64,000 nucleotides of DNA, taken from positions 30,927 through 94,926 of IMG/VR virus record IMGVR_UViG_3300030108_003282. One strand, written 5' to 3'. The notes beneath the pieces are model-generated. The model was not told the DNA's origin. It did no database searches and saw only the letters and a list, made by a program, of their open reading frames with translations. Origin of the DNA: a virus. A program made the translations under genes and the position numbers. Positions 27,372 to 38,246 of this stretch are shown piece by piece. Numbering within the stretch: the first letter of the stretch is position 1; the number at the start of each line of letters is the position of its first letter.

Positions 27372-27576
27372 TTTTATATCCGCCACCAGCCCTCTTATAC
27401 GCCTGAGCCAACATCTGCGCTTTTCTTGCAGACCATTGACCTGCCGCACCACCTTTTGTTCCTCGTTTAATTCTATTAAAAATTCTTTTTCTCATTCCAG
27501 GTTTTGTATAGTTTCCAGACTGATTTACAGTAGATTTCTTCTTTTTCTTTTTCTTTAAAATATCCTGCCATTCCAT
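27367..27576 (-). CDS. Basic protein
   Basis: MEWQDILKK; YTKP.MRKRI...GG..GQWSARKAQ.LA..YK..GGGY. Confidence 0.7.
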   Translation of the reverse strand: MEWQDILKKKKKKKSTVNQSGNYTKPGMRKRIFNRIKRGTKGGAAGQWSARKAQMLAQAYKRAGGGYKN

Positions 27577-27593
27577 TTTTTCACTTCCTTAAA

Positions 27594-29228
27594 TTAATCT
27601 TGTGTTTTTTCAATAGTTCCCATTTCTTCAATATAAAGTTTAAGATATTTTTGCATTCTTCCAATAGCATAACTGTAATTTTGTCCAGATTTATACATCA
27701 AGTGTGCGGTTTCAAGTTCTCTGATAATTTTTGCAAGTCTATCACTAATAGCAGTGGTATCTAGTTTTCTATCAAGAATTTTTTTAGTTGAAGAAATAAT
27801 GTGGTCTACCTCTTTATCACCTAAACCTTTTTTATCTCTTAAATACGGAGTTGAACTTTTAGTAATCTTAATAATTGTTCCAATATTTTCTAAAGAGTCC
27901 ATAACCGACATTTTACAATTGTCTTTGTATTTTTGAATATCATCTAAATAGATACCTTCTTTCAACCAATCAAAACCCACATGGTCTTTATGATTCTCCC
28001 ACTTCATTAACTTAAAAATTTCATCACAACGGCTTTTATACCAGTCGGCTTTCTTATATGACTTCTTCATGCGAATCAACTCAAGCAATAACTCAGCGTT
28101 GCCTTTCTTAAGACGAAAATGAGGAAGACAATTCTTTAACAGTTTAGAAACATCATCCTGTGAATAAAAATTTAATCTATTAATTAAACGGGTTGCTTGT
28201 GGAGATTTCTGGTCTAAATGCATTCTGCCGAAACCAAGAGACTTATGCATTTCTTGCATAAAAGCCTTACCTCTTTCTCCTGTTGCGACTAATCCTACTC
28301 TTGGATTCATGTTGCGGTCTAATGTAATATATCCATCTGAATCAATAAAAGCAGCAGTATAAGCCCAAATATTTTTCTTAATCATAGAAGGGACTTTGTA
28401 ATACGAACCCTTTACAGAACTAATTTCTAATTTTTTGACTGCCTTTGAAATTGAATTAGGGCTTGCTGCTTTATGAAGAGAGGAAGGCATTCTTTCGTGT
28501 ATTCCTGAAGCAGTAATTCCTGGATTTTCACAAACCATTTTTAAAATAAAGTCCTCTGTTCTTTGTTTCTTTGATTTGGTAAGAGACTGGTCTGTAATCT
28601 TAGAAATAGCATTTCTAAAATCCTTTTTAGCAGAACTCATAGTTTTGTGCAGATTAGAATATTCTTTTCCATAGGCCATTCCAGTTTGCTCTATTTCAGC
28701 CTCCCAGTATTTACAAAGAGCATCAACAGTTTCTCTTCTTAATTCTGAACTTTTCATCTTATGTAGTTTGGACAAATCTTTCTCATTATACCTCATTTTT
28801 CTTAGAGGAACCTCATAGTCGTTTAACCAAGTAATAGAACCGATGCAATTATTTAAATGTTCAGTATAAGCATCAATCATCGTATCAATGGCTTTTGACA
28901 TTTTAATACGATGTTCCCCCTTCAACGCTCTCCGAGACTTTCTCATTTTTCTAACTAAATCAGGAATAGTGTGTTCTTGAACAATATATTCATTTGGAAA
29001 AGAAGTGAGTCTCTTTCTTGCATCGCTAGCATTGATGTTAAAAGCAGTAGATAATTTAACTATTTCTTCATGCTCAGACATAACATAGGTATTGTTGAAG
29101 ATACTCTTTAATTCTGTATCTAGTTGTTCCTCTATGCTATCTTTAACTTCGGCTTCTTCTTCATCTAATTCGGCTAAACGGTTCATTTGTTCAGCCGCTT
29201 GACGGTATTTATCTGCCTGTTCTGTCAT
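27594..29228 (-). CDS. Multidomain protein with HTH and LAGLIDADG endonuclease domain
   Basis: AYTAAFIDSDGYI motif and LPHFRLKK; HTH at ENPGITASGIHE. Confidence 0.75.
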   Translation of the reverse strand: MTEQADKYRQAAEQMNRLAELDEEEAEVKDSIEEQLDTELKSIFNNTYVMSEHEEIVKLSTAFNINASDARKRLTSFPNEYIVQEHTIPDLVRKMRKSRRALKGEHRIKMSKAIDTMIDAYTEHLNNCIGSITWLNDYEVPLRKMRYNEKDLSKLHKMKSSELRRETVDALCKYWEAEIEQTGMAYGKEYSNLHKTMSSAKKDFRNAISKITDQSLTKSKKQRTEDFILKMVCENPGITASGIHERMPSSLHKAASPNSISKAVKKLEISSVKGSYYKVPSMIKKNIWAYTAAFIDSDGYITLDRNMNPRVGLVATGERGKAFMQEMHKSLGFGRMHLDQKSPQATRLINRLNFYSQDDVSKLLKNCLPHFRLKKGNAELLLELIRMKKSYKKADWYKSRCDEIFKLMKWENHKDHVGFDWLKEGIYLDDIQKYKDNCKMSVMDSLENIGTIIKITKSSTPYLRDKKGLGDKEVDHIISSTKKILDRKLDTTAISDRLAKIIRELETAHLMYKSGQNYSYAIGRMQKYLKLYIEEMGTIEKTQD

Positions 29229-29237
29229 ATAAATACC

Positions 29238-30668
29238 TCAAAAGTTTAAGCCTATGGACGAAGAAAAGCCCTGTTTTGGTCGTTGCGGAGCATCGTTAAA
29301 CAGCCCTAAATCATCGAGCAGTATGAAGTTATCGCTGGCCTGATAAGTAGCGGCATTTGCTAAAGCAAGACTCATCACCATATCGTCATGCGCCCCAATA
29401 CCTTCAAATTTTCCACGCTCGGTAATAGCAAACATTGATAATTCTTCAATAAGCAAAGAAGAAACCTTTCTACTTTCTTCATTCCCGTATGGGAAGTGAA
29501 TCTTTCCATTTTCAAGAGACATTTGTAAATTAAGAATAATCTCTTGTTTCTTTCTTCTAGTTGTATCAAAGTCATGAACATTTACATCAGCAACTTGACG
29601 AAGTTCTTGAGTAAATGATTTAGCAAAAGTATTTGTTTCAAACAAAATAACTTCGGGTCTAAAGACTTGATTTAATAATTTTACCTTTTGAATATTTTCA
29701 CGGAACTGAACGTTCTTTGCTCGGTCTACGTACACAATTGATTTATTTTCATTTTCATCTACCTCAAGAACAGTAATCACATTGTAATCCCCATCAGTAG
29801 AAATAGCGGGGTCCACTCCTATGAAATATTTATATCCTTCACGCTTTAATGGTTTCAATACTAAATCTTTGTTCTTAGCATTATCTAAATGTTCGGGACT
29901 GAATAAAGAAGTTCCTGTTGAAATAGGCACACACATATATTCTCTTGTAAACATTAATGAACCGACTTCTGCCTTACGAGCCATTAACGCCTCATAGTTC
30001 CATCGGTCAGGCCACAACGGTTCGTTTAGTGCATTTAAACAGGGGTATGTTCTAACAGTATAAGCAGCATTTTCGGATAATTGCTGGTAAATATCCGTAT
30101 AACTGAAAGGTGTTCCAATAACACGTAAAGATGCGGTATGGTGAAGTGTTGGAATCATATCCCCATAAAACCAGTCAGTGACTTTTTGAATACCAGTCAT
30201 ACTAAACTCTTTCAAAGGGTCATCAATAACAATCTCTTGAGGGTGAAGCCCACGAATCTGTGAACCAACCGACCTTTCAAGGATTTGGTTTCCATTGGTT
30301 AATGTAATATTCCCAATAGCCCAACCTCTTGCGGGTTTAAATTTCTTGAGCATTGGGTGAGTAAACATCTTATCAATGTCTCTCATGTGAACCAAAGTCT
30401 GTTTTTGGTTAGAAGAAATATAAAGCATTTGATATGGAGGCTCTTCAAAGATTAATTTCCACACAACCCATGAATGCATAAATACAGATTTTCCGTGGTC
30501 TCTTGAACAGATAATTACAGTTCTTTGAGTAGTGTTCATTAACTCATGCCATTCCTGTATGTATGAAGGAAAATCAAAACCTAATACATTTTGAAAAAAA
30601 TAAGGGAACGAGTTTTTGGATAACTGCATATCCATCTCATGTTCAAAATTAAAGGCTTCTAATTCCAT
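29238..30668 (-). CDS. terL: Terminase large subunit
   Basis: Walker A SRDHGKS, Walker B IVIDD, GTP motif, nuclease GVDPA and HDDMVMS. Confidence 0.95.
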   Translation of the reverse strand: MELEAFNFEHEMDMQLSKNSFPYFFQNVLGFDFPSYIQEWHELMNTTQRTVIICSRDHGKSVFMHSWVVWKLIFEEPPYQMLYISSNQKQTLVHMRDIDKMFTHPMLKKFKPARGWAIGNITLTNGNQILERSVGSQIRGLHPQEIVIDDPLKEFSMTGIQKVTDWFYGDMIPTLHHTASLRVIGTPFSYTDIYQQLSENAAYTVRTYPCLNALNEPLWPDRWNYEALMARKAEVGSLMFTREYMCVPISTGTSLFSPEHLDNAKNKDLVLKPLKREGYKYFIGVDPAISTDGDYNVITVLEVDENENKSIVYVDRAKNVQFRENIQKVKLLNQVFRPEVILFETNTFAKSFTQELRQVADVNVHDFDTTRRKKQEIILNLQMSLENGKIHFPYGNEESRKVSSLLIEELSMFAITERGKFEGIGAHDDMVMSLALANAATYQASDNFILLDDLGLFNDAPQRPKQGFSSSIGLNF

Positions 30669-30672
30669 ATGA

Positions 30673-32280
30673 CTATCTCCTTAATAATTGTTTCCATAAC
30701 ATTCTTTCAAGGGATTCTCTTTGTCCTCCCATAATGTCTTTCTTTCCTCTTTCTGTTGCTCTACCAAGTTGATTTAATCTGTCTTTTAAAGACTGAATAT
30801 GCTTGATTCTTTTTTCAAGAAATGTTTCTAAATACTTTTTCTCTTCGTTTAACCTAATTCTATATTTATTCGTTTCTTTTTCTTTATCTTTTCCTGTGTA
30901 TTCATTCGCAAATTGTTCTACCATTGGTTCGATATTTTCTAATTGTTTAAGTCTTTTTCTTGCACTTTCTATGTTAAACTTTCTTCTGACTTTCCCTTGA
31001 GAAGTATTGACCATTCTATCAGTAACTTGGTCATAGTCTGTCTGTATTCTATCTATGAGTTTTTGTCTAATGTCAATGATTTCTTTTTGAGGATTTTTAT
31101 CATAATACTCTCTTTGCTTTCTGTTTTTTTCTCTTCTCTCTTCTATCTCTTTAGCCCTTTCTTGGCTTTCCTTTTTTCTTCTTTCTTCTTTAATTCTTTT
31201 TTCTTCTCTATCTATTGTATCTTGGTAAGAATCACCCATAAGATGGCCCTCTTTTATTTCATCTACAAAGATATTATGAAATTTATATTTTTTTGAAGGA
31301 TATCCCATTGGGTGACTTCTTATTGAATCAAAAACATAAATTTGTTTTGGTTTTTCATTTAAAAAATATTGCTTAATTTTTGGGTTTGACTCTAATTCTT
31401 CCTTTCCCCTATAGGTTCCTTGCTGTCTTTGAATCGTTTCAAAAGTAATATAAGAATAATCTTCAGAATCATCATTAATATAAATCCAGCCATATCTGCC
31501 ATAAAATGGATTAGCATCTAATTCAGAAGCAATTTCTTCCATTTTTTCAGTTGAGTAATCAGGATGTTCTTTGAATCTTGCATTTACCATTACTGAGTAG
31601 TGAGGTCTATACATTATATTATATCCAGAACTGTATTTTATCGGGTTATCATTATCCTTTGGAAAGCGACTGATTAATTTATTTCCATCAATGTCTTCGG
31701 CATCTTCAAAAGTATTATCGGGCAAGATTTTGAGAAGATTAAACCATGTCGGCATAGGGTCGTCAAGATAAACACACTTCGCAAACTCGCCTTCGCCACG
31801 AATGGGCCGAATAGCCATCCTATCAGGATATTTGGACAACCAAGCACTTAAAACATCAGGTGGCAATAATTTACTCATTTGCCCCCAATTTGGACTATCT
31901 GGAAAAGACCATCCATTCTTTTTTGCGTTAGCAATCCAACGAGCATTATCTCCGTCTCTATGTCCAAAAGCAGCAACTAATGGTTTTGAAGGATTTAACT
32001 GCGGTTCTCTTGCATCTTGTAATGCTCGACTATTTCCACCAATTTGTCTTCCTTCAGCAGTAGCATACATTCCCCCAACAACGGTATGTGAAGGGTGTTC
32101 TTTGAAACCAACGGTTGCTATTGCTCTATTATTATCATCAACACGAATAAGCCAACTATCTAATTCATAAATGCCAGATTCTAAATCAGCCCTGCGAGTA
32201 TAGGGGTCGTCAGGATTATCCTGAGCAAACCTACTTTTCATATTTTCATATGAAAAAATTGCGGGGAGAACTTTAGTCAT
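30673..32280 (-). CDS. Protein with GNAT-like N-terminal domain
   Basis: AIATVGF...VGGMYATAEGRQIG resembles acetyl-CoA motif A; internal WFNLLK and C-terminal WKQLLRR tags. Confidence 0.5.
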   Translation of the reverse strand: MTKVLPAIFSYENMKSRFAQDNPDDPYTRRADLESGIYELDSWLIRVDDNNRAIATVGFKEHPSHTVVGGMYATAEGRQIGGNSRALQDAREPQLNPSKPLVAAFGHRDGDNARWIANAKKNGWSFPDSPNWGQMSKLLPPDVLSAWLSKYPDRMAIRPIRGEGEFAKCVYLDDPMPTWFNLLKILPDNTFEDAEDIDGNKLISRFPKDNDNPIKYSSGYNIMYRPHYSVMVNARFKEHPDYSTEKMEEIASELDANPFYGRYGWIYINDDSEDYSYITFETIQRQQGTYRGKEELESNPKIKQYFLNEKPKQIYVFDSIRSHPMGYPSKKYKFHNIFVDEIKEGHLMGDSYQDTIDREEKRIKEERRKKESQERAKEIEERREKNRKQREYYDKNPQKEIIDIRQKLIDRIQTDYDQVTDRMVNTSQGKVRRKFNIESARKRLKQLENIEPMVEQFANEYTGKDKEKETNKYRIRLNEEKKYLETFLEKRIKHIQSLKDRLNQLGRATERGKKDIMGGQRESLERMLWKQLLRR

Positions 32281-32286
32281 GAAGCA

Positions 32287-34776
32287 TCACCTAAAAGATG
32301 CCTTAATCATATATACTTGTTCACCGCTAATTCCATACTCCTTTGAAATATTGTCGTGAGAATCTACTGCCTTAATAATTTGCTCCACTTCAAACGAAGT
32401 CAAGTCAATATTTTCATCAACTTGCATCTTTGTAATCATTTTGTTAATACCATACTCATTCATAGGAATCTGTGCATAAATGACAGGCTTTCCTAATTCC
32501 TGCCTAATTACATCGTGAGCCTTTAATAACTTGTGAAGAAGAACTGGTAAGTCCACTTGAGCCGATTCAAAGATAGCCTTTAATCTATTATATGCGGTCT
32601 TTTTAGCAGGAGCGCCTTTCGTTAAAATCCCTTGATTCATGTCTAACCAATGGGGTAATGCAAATACAGGGAATGGTTTTCTAGCCCTATAGTCCTCGAA
32701 AAACTGTTCCTTTCTCTCTTTGATAGACTTCCCATCAAAGTCTTTGCCTTCTCTTTGTAAATCATTAGTCTCTGTCATATAATGATGAATTAAAGCGGCT
32801 GCGTAATTGTTGTTTCTTTCTCTTGTTCCTTCACCAAAAATTTCTGTTAATGCATCAGCAAACTCTTCACCATCGGCAATCAAAGAACCATCAATTTGAA
32901 TTTCAGGCATGAAGATGTTGTCTAAGAAATCAGCAATAGCGGCCATATCGCCAGCATCTATTTCTTCTCTTGAGCCTTCAAAGAGAGTATCGTAAGCACC
33001 TGACATAATAGTTTCCATTCCTAATTCTAAACTCATTGTTTGGAGAACCTTTGAACCAATGCTGGAACCAAAGGCAGGGATTTCAATTGGCATCATTCCA
33101 CTATATAGAGGGTCAAAAAAGTATGCAATTGCTGAATCTAGCATTTTTTGTAATTCTGTTTTAAACCCACGCAGTTCATCTCTAATTTCACCTTTTTGAT
33201 TTAAAGATAAAGGAATTTTTCCTGCACCAATCTCAGTTACACTTGAACCTCTTGCATCTCTTGTTTCAAACACACTTCCTCTTCTTCGTCCTTTTGTGCT
33301 TCTTGTTTCAACTTCCGCCCTAAAGTCTTCTCCACTTAATAAATCATACAAATCGTTAAAGAAGTCTTTAATTATAGAAATGTTATCTATTCCAATAGGT
33401 TCATTATCTTCAAATGAAGGGAAAGTGTCCGTATCATACATTCTCTTAAACTTTGAATTTGACATAACTGATATTGGTAAGGCTAGAACCTTAACCTCGC
33501 CTTCATCAAGAATTTGAGTATTTTCTACTTGGTCTAACCATTCTGCAATATCAGCAGATGTTTCTAAAGAAACCTGCCCATAATCATCTGCTTCTTCCAA
33601 TTGTTCTTCCATATCTTCCAATAGTCCGAGAATCTCTCTTTCCATTTGGTCATTGATAGCAATAAGTTTAGTTCCTCTGTTATATTCATAAACCAACAAT
33701 GGGTCAGCCTGACCCAAAACTTTTTCATAATCTTCATCCCAACGAAGTTGAGTTTGTAGTAAATCTTCTAATTCATCAACAATATCCATATCTATTTCAT
33801 CACCTGCTGTGCTGCTAGATGCTGCTAAAGAGCCTTCAAGGTATTGTACCAAAGAAGCATTTACATCTCCATACGATTGAGGGTCGTCAGAATATCCGCT
33901 TTGGTCGTCTTCTTTTGTAGTCATTCTATCCAAAGCCAATCTATGTGCGATAATGTTAAAGAAACGGTGATAACCAGACTCAAATCTTCCTTCAACATTT
34001 TCAAACTTAGCAATATATTCTAAGTTTACATTTCCCACCTGCTTGTAAAGTTTTTCAAAAGTATCTTTAATCTCTTCTGGAAAGTCAATATCTCTGACTT
34101 CAATAAAGAAATTTGTTAAGTCTTCCTCAAACTGTTCATATAACGCACCAATACCCGCCCAGTAGTTATAAATTTCTATACGAACATCCTTCTTAGAAAC
34201 ATCCACCGCCCCTAAGAACTTATTAATATCAATCTTGAATGTTCTGTATTCTGAAACATCCAATCTGTCTTCAAGGACTTCCTTAATTTCTAATAAGTTA
34301 TGTCTAAGATTTTCTCCAATATTTCCTTTTAGAGCATCCTGAATGATTTCTAAAACTTCCTGTTTAGGATTTCTAATGTCAATACTGTCCTTAATTTTAA
34401 CATTTAATAGTTGATTAGCAGTAATCTTTGCTCCTTTAGCATACAAATTTAAAGATAAGAAGTCCTCAACAATATCTTCTTGCGCTTTTGCTGAAGCCGC
34501 TTCTTGTTTTGGTTTTTTATCTTTGAGAGTAGAACGAATAAATTTAATTGCGGCCTTCTTCTTCTCTCTAATTTCTTGCATGGCCCTGTCCTTTTCGGAT
34601 GGCTCTGCAATTAACCTCGCCTTTTCCTTTAAGCGATTTTCAAAACGGGTAGCAATTCTATTAATTTCAGTTCTTTTCTGCGAAGCATCAGTAGTTCTTG
34701 CTAAATCTGCAATTCTTTCAGGGGACAAATCCAGCATTTCTTTTTCTTCACTACTCAGTTCTACCATTTTACTCAC
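32287..34776 (-). CDS. Large acidic putative internal virion protein
   Basis: 829 aa; no recognised motif. Confidence 0.6.
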   Translation of the reverse strand: MSKMVELSSEEKEMLDLSPERIADLARTTDASQKRTEINRIATRFENRLKEKARLIAEPSEKDRAMQEIREKKKAAIKFIRSTLKDKKPKQEAASAKAQEDIVEDFLSLNLYAKGAKITANQLLNVKIKDSIDIRNPKQEVLEIIQDALKGNIGENLRHNLLEIKEVLEDRLDVSEYRTFKIDINKFLGAVDVSKKDVRIEIYNYWAGIGALYEQFEEDLTNFFIEVRDIDFPEEIKDTFEKLYKQVGNVNLEYIAKFENVEGRFESGYHRFFNIIAHRLALDRMTTKEDDQSGYSDDPQSYGDVNASLVQYLEGSLAASSSTAGDEIDMDIVDELEDLLQTQLRWDEDYEKVLGQADPLLVYEYNRGTKLIAINDQMEREILGLLEDMEEQLEEADDYGQVSLETSADIAEWLDQVENTQILDEGEVKVLALPISVMSNSKFKRMYDTDTFPSFEDNEPIGIDNISIIKDFFNDLYDLLSGEDFRAEVETRSTKGRRRGSVFETRDARGSSVTEIGAGKIPLSLNQKGEIRDELRGFKTELQKMLDSAIAYFFDPLYSGMMPIEIPAFGSSIGSKVLQTMSLELGMETIMSGAYDTLFEGSREEIDAGDMAAIADFLDNIFMPEIQIDGSLIADGEEFADALTEIFGEGTRERNNNYAAALIHHYMTETNDLQREGKDFDGKSIKERKEQFFEDYRARKPFPVFALPHWLDMNQGILTKGAPAKKTAYNRLKAIFESAQVDLPVLLHKLLKAHDVIRQELGKPVIYAQIPMNEYGINKMITKMQVDENIDLTSFEVEQIIKAVDSHDNISKEYGISGEQVYMIKASFR

Positions 34777-37024
34777 CTAATCTCAAAAGTCCAAAATTAT
34801 CCACAAATTGTTTCTTTGCGAGAATTACTTGATTGTCTGGGAATTGTGCTGGATTTTTAGCAAACTTTTCAAGTTGCAGTTTAAATGCCTCAACAATCTC
34901 ATCCTGCATTTTTTGAATGATATTAGCCATATTATCATTTAACTCTTTAGCCGCTTCTTCCGCTTTCGTTGAGTCGGGGTTGTCGTCTATGGTCTTAAAT
35001 GCTTTCCTCACCGTTTCGTCTCCCGCCAGTTCATCAACTTGAGCAAAGAACGCTAAACTGTTTTCTGGTGTTATTGAATCAAATCTTGATTGGGTTTCTA
35101 AACGGTCAGCAAGACCAATTAAGCCTCCTTTATCTTTTAATCTTTTAGATGTCTCTAATAAATATTGCTCAAAATCAGTCATGTTTAGCAACTCTTGACG
35201 CATTCTTTCAGCCTGTGCAGAAATATCTGTTTGCGCTCGACCTTCAGTTAATATTCTTTTGGCCTGTTCAATATCTTTTTCTAAGTTTGCTATTTTTGTT
35301 TTTGACCTAGACATCGTTTCTTCCGCAACATCTTCTTTAAATTGTTTTTGTTTTTCTTTGGCCGTATCTAATTTTTCTTGGAGTGTCTTCAGCCTATTTT
35401 TATATCTCTGTCTTTCCTTTTCTCCGAATTCAGCCGTTTTTGCTTTTACTCCTTCTTTATATGCTTCTTCAGGAGTAACTTTTTGGAATCCATCTCCTTC
35501 ATCTACTCTTATTTCAGCGTAGTTGGCTTCTTGTTTAGCATCAATACGTTCCATTACAATTTGGCCTTCTTCATCCCTAATCTGATTACCTTCTTTATCT
35601 TCTTTTGGTCTATTTACTGGAACTGGTACACCATCTTTAAAATATTCAATAGTATAGTCTTCTCCTTGTTCATATCCCATATCTTCAAGATATTTTTCGT
35701 AGGCAACCGCTTCTTTTACTGTAAAATTACCCTCAAGAAAACTCAATTGCTCTAACTGTCGTTCTTCTTGTTCATTAGCGATGGTGTTTTCTAATCTCTC
35801 ACTCTCTGTGATTTTTTTACGAATATCAGCAGTAATTTGTTTTCTACTCCTACCAGCAAGTTCTACACCATCTTGACCAGTAAAGGGTCTAATGTTTAAG
35901 CCTCTCTTTGTTGTGCTTTCTCCTTCGATAAGAGCGTTATAAATATCGTCAATAATTAATTCAAAAGCATTTTTGTCCGATAGGGTTTCTTGGGTTCTTA
36001 CTGCATTAAAAAATGGCTTAGCCCAGTCCTGTGGAAACTCATTTGATAGAATAATTTTAGCAAAAGGATTCGCATTCATAGATTTATTGCTTCCTTTCTC
36101 CAAAAATATAATATTTGGGAAGTCAGCGCCATTTGGAAGTTTCTTTGGCCTGAATGCTCTTGTGCTTCCTTTGATTTTATCAACTGCTCTTAAATATTTA
36201 AGAACAGATGCGCCAGTAAAGGGTTCAATGACTGTCATTTTTTGCCCACTAGCAACAAAAATTTTCTTTTCACGAACTTTGTCGTCAATATTAACAGATG
36301 TATTGCCTGAAACGAATAACATTTTAGTATTTGTCTTTTTTCCGCTTTCATCTCTAGTGATTGCGTTATAAGCCTCTCTTAATTTCTTCTTTTCATCGAG
36401 AGTTTCTTTGGAATCGCCCTTTTTTGTAATCATTCTACTAATTAACTCAGAATCTGACTTCAAATTTGTTAAAATAGAGCCTTCTTTGAGTTCTCCGCCA
36501 ATTGCTTCAGCAAAATTTGCTAAAAGTTTTTCGTCTGATGGCGGATTTTCAAACATAATTACGGATTGACCCGTTCTTTCACGCAAAATGTCCAAAGAAT
36601 CCCTAATATCTCGGTTTCTTTGTAGCGTTTTCTTCTGTAATCCAGCCTCTTCATCAATTCTTTGTAAAATTTCATCAACTTTTGCTTGATTTGCTTCCGA
36701 TTTTGCATCTAAAGCCTCTCTGATTAACGCTCTAACATCATCAATTGTCATAAAACTGGCGGCTTCCTTCAATTTTTGAACATTTTCTTTCATTTGCTCA
36801 AGAGTTTGGTCGCCATACGGAGGTTGCCCGTATAAATCTTTTAATTTTTGCAGGTCAATTGTCCCTGCATCTACTTGACGAAGCAGATTTTTCAATGTTT
36901 GCGGTTCAGTTCGCAGATTTTTAATCTCTTCAACTGCTTTTTCTGTTTGAGCAGCATTAACAATCACAAAGGCCAAAGTATTTTTGTCCGATGGAATCAT
37001 TTTTAACTGCTCAAACCAACTCAT
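34769..37024 (-). CDS. Large putative internal virion protein (MSWFEQLK)
   Basis: 751 aa; W-tag. Confidence 0.6.
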   Translation of the reverse strand: MSWFEQLKMIPSDKNTLAFVIVNAAQTEKAVEEIKNLRTEPQTLKNLLRQVDAGTIDLQKLKDLYGQPPYGDQTLEQMKENVQKLKEAASFMTIDDVRALIREALDAKSEANQAKVDEILQRIDEEAGLQKKTLQRNRDIRDSLDILRERTGQSVIMFENPPSDEKLLANFAEAIGGELKEGSILTNLKSDSELISRMITKKGDSKETLDEKKKLREAYNAITRDESGKKTNTKMLFVSGNTSVNIDDKVREKKIFVASGQKMTVIEPFTGASVLKYLRAVDKIKGSTRAFRPKKLPNGADFPNIIFLEKGSNKSMNANPFAKIILSNEFPQDWAKPFFNAVRTQETLSDKNAFELIIDDIYNALIEGESTTKRGLNIRPFTGQDGVELAGRSRKQITADIRKKITESERLENTIANEQEERQLEQLSFLEGNFTVKEAVAYEKYLEDMGYEQGEDYTIEYFKDGVPVPVNRPKEDKEGNQIRDEEGQIVMERIDAKQEANYAEIRVDEGDGFQKVTPEEAYKEGVKAKTAEFGEKERQRYKNRLKTLQEKLDTAKEKQKQFKEDVAEETMSRSKTKIANLEKDIEQAKRILTEGRAQTDISAQAERMRQELLNMTDFEQYLLETSKRLKDKGGLIGLADRLETQSRFDSITPENSLAFFAQVDELAGDETVRKAFKTIDDNPDSTKAEEAAKELNDNMANIIQKMQDEIVEAFKLQLEKFAKNPAQFPDNQVILAKKQFVDNFGLLRLGE

Positions 37025-37041
37025 TGTAATCTCTCCTGCAT

Positions 37042-37359
37042 TTAAGCCATTAACTCCCTTAATTCATTAATAAAATTCTGAATATACTTTGCTCTTTCAG
37101 GGTCATCTTTCTTAACACTATTCATAACGATTTCATTTTCTTTAATTTCATTTATAATTGCATCAACAACGCTAAGACCTTTATCAAATTCTTCTTGATA
37201 TTCTTCTATTAAAAAATCAGGATAACCTTCTTCAGTATATTCTGTTGGTTTTCCGTCATTAAACTTAGCCCAACCCATGTTCTCATATTCTCTTCTAATT
37301 ACTTTGAAAAACTCATTTTTCATTTCATCTTCATTTTTGAGAATAGTTTGCCAACTCAT
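37042..37359 (-). CDS. Acidic W-tagged protein
   Basis: MSWQTILK. Confidence 0.6.
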   Translation of the reverse strand: MSWQTILKNEDEMKNEFFKVIRREYENMGWAKFNDGKPTEYTEEGYPDFLIEEYQEEFDKGLSVVDAIINEIKENEIVMNSVKKDDPERAKYIQNFINELRELMA

Positions 37360-38021
37360 TGCAATCTCTCCTGCATCTTCTGTTTAATATCCAACCAAAT
37401 CTCAGGATTGTTCTGTGCTAACACTTCTTGAACAATTTGCATTTGTGCAACAATAATGGTGTCCTGTCTCTTGTGAATCAATTTACCCTTAAACTCCATA
37501 AGATACTTCAAAGATTCTCTAATCTCTCTTGCTAACTTAGTTAAGGCATCAATCATCTTAGGGTCAAGGTCATTCCCTAAATCGTTGAACACTTGCTCTA
37601 AACGCATATCCAACTTCTGCACATTGTTTGAAAGCAAATCAACTTCATTTACTTCCTTTTTCGCTATCATCATGGCCGCAGATTCTTGTACGATTGGGGC
37701 CAAGTGGTGCTTCATGTGGCGTTGCACCTGCGTTTTCGTGGTGTTAAGAGCAGAAGAAACAGCCTCACTTGAAATATTACCTTCTTTTAACGCTTGTTCA
37801 TAGTGTTTCCTCATTGGGTCTGTGCATAGAACACATTGAGGATTAGACGACATTTTGTATTCGCCCATGTGGTTTCTTTGATGTTGTGCCGCAGTTCCAC
37901 TTCTCCAGTTATGAATAGTGTCTAATTCGTCGCAACTCGCCTGTCCTGTTTCAAGAGCCGATTCAAGTTCTTCTCTATTCGGGGCTTGACATAAACCACA
38001 CCGTTTGCGATTAACAACCAT
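37356..38021 (-). CDS. Putative terminase small subunit (tandem Zn/HTH + coiled coil)
   Basis: Two CxxC...HxxxH units with HTH spacing, then oligomerisation helices. Confidence 0.5.
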   Translation of the reverse strand: MVVNRKRCGLCQAPNREELESALETGQASCDELDTIHNWRSGTAAQHQRNHMGEYKMSSNPQCVLCTDPMRKHYEQALKEGNISSEAVSSALNTTKTQVQRHMKHHLAPIVQESAAMMIAKKEVNEVDLLSNNVQKLDMRLEQVFNDLGNDLDPKMIDALTKLAREIRESLKYLMEFKGKLIHKRQDTIIVAQMQIVQEVLAQNNPEIWLDIKQKMQERLQ

Positions 38022-38025
38022 AAAA

Positions 38026-38244
38026 TCACTTATACCGCATTCTCATAGAATCTCGCAACATATCTTTAATTGAATCGGAAAACGGAGGAAGGTCGCCATA
38101 AGAAGTTTTAGGGCTATGTCCACCACTCTCTTTTACAAACATATTACATTTTGCGTTTTGGTCAAGAGTAATAACATCTAATTGGCATTTTCTATCTTCA
38201 TTATTTTTACAGTTAGTTGCTGCACAATCTCTCATTTTTGCCAT
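38026..38244 (-). CDS. Small Cys-rich protein (DUF1540-like)
   Basis: CAATNCKNN...C...C. Confidence 0.5.
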   Translation of the reverse strand: MAKMRDCAATNCKNNEDRKCQLDVITLDQNAKCNMFVKESGGHSPKTSYGDLPPFSDSIKDMLRDSMRMRYK

Positions 38245-38246
38245 AA

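Noticed and set aside
27594-29228. Intein or group I intron
   Set aside because: No C/S...HN splice motifs; the flanking terminase is intact.
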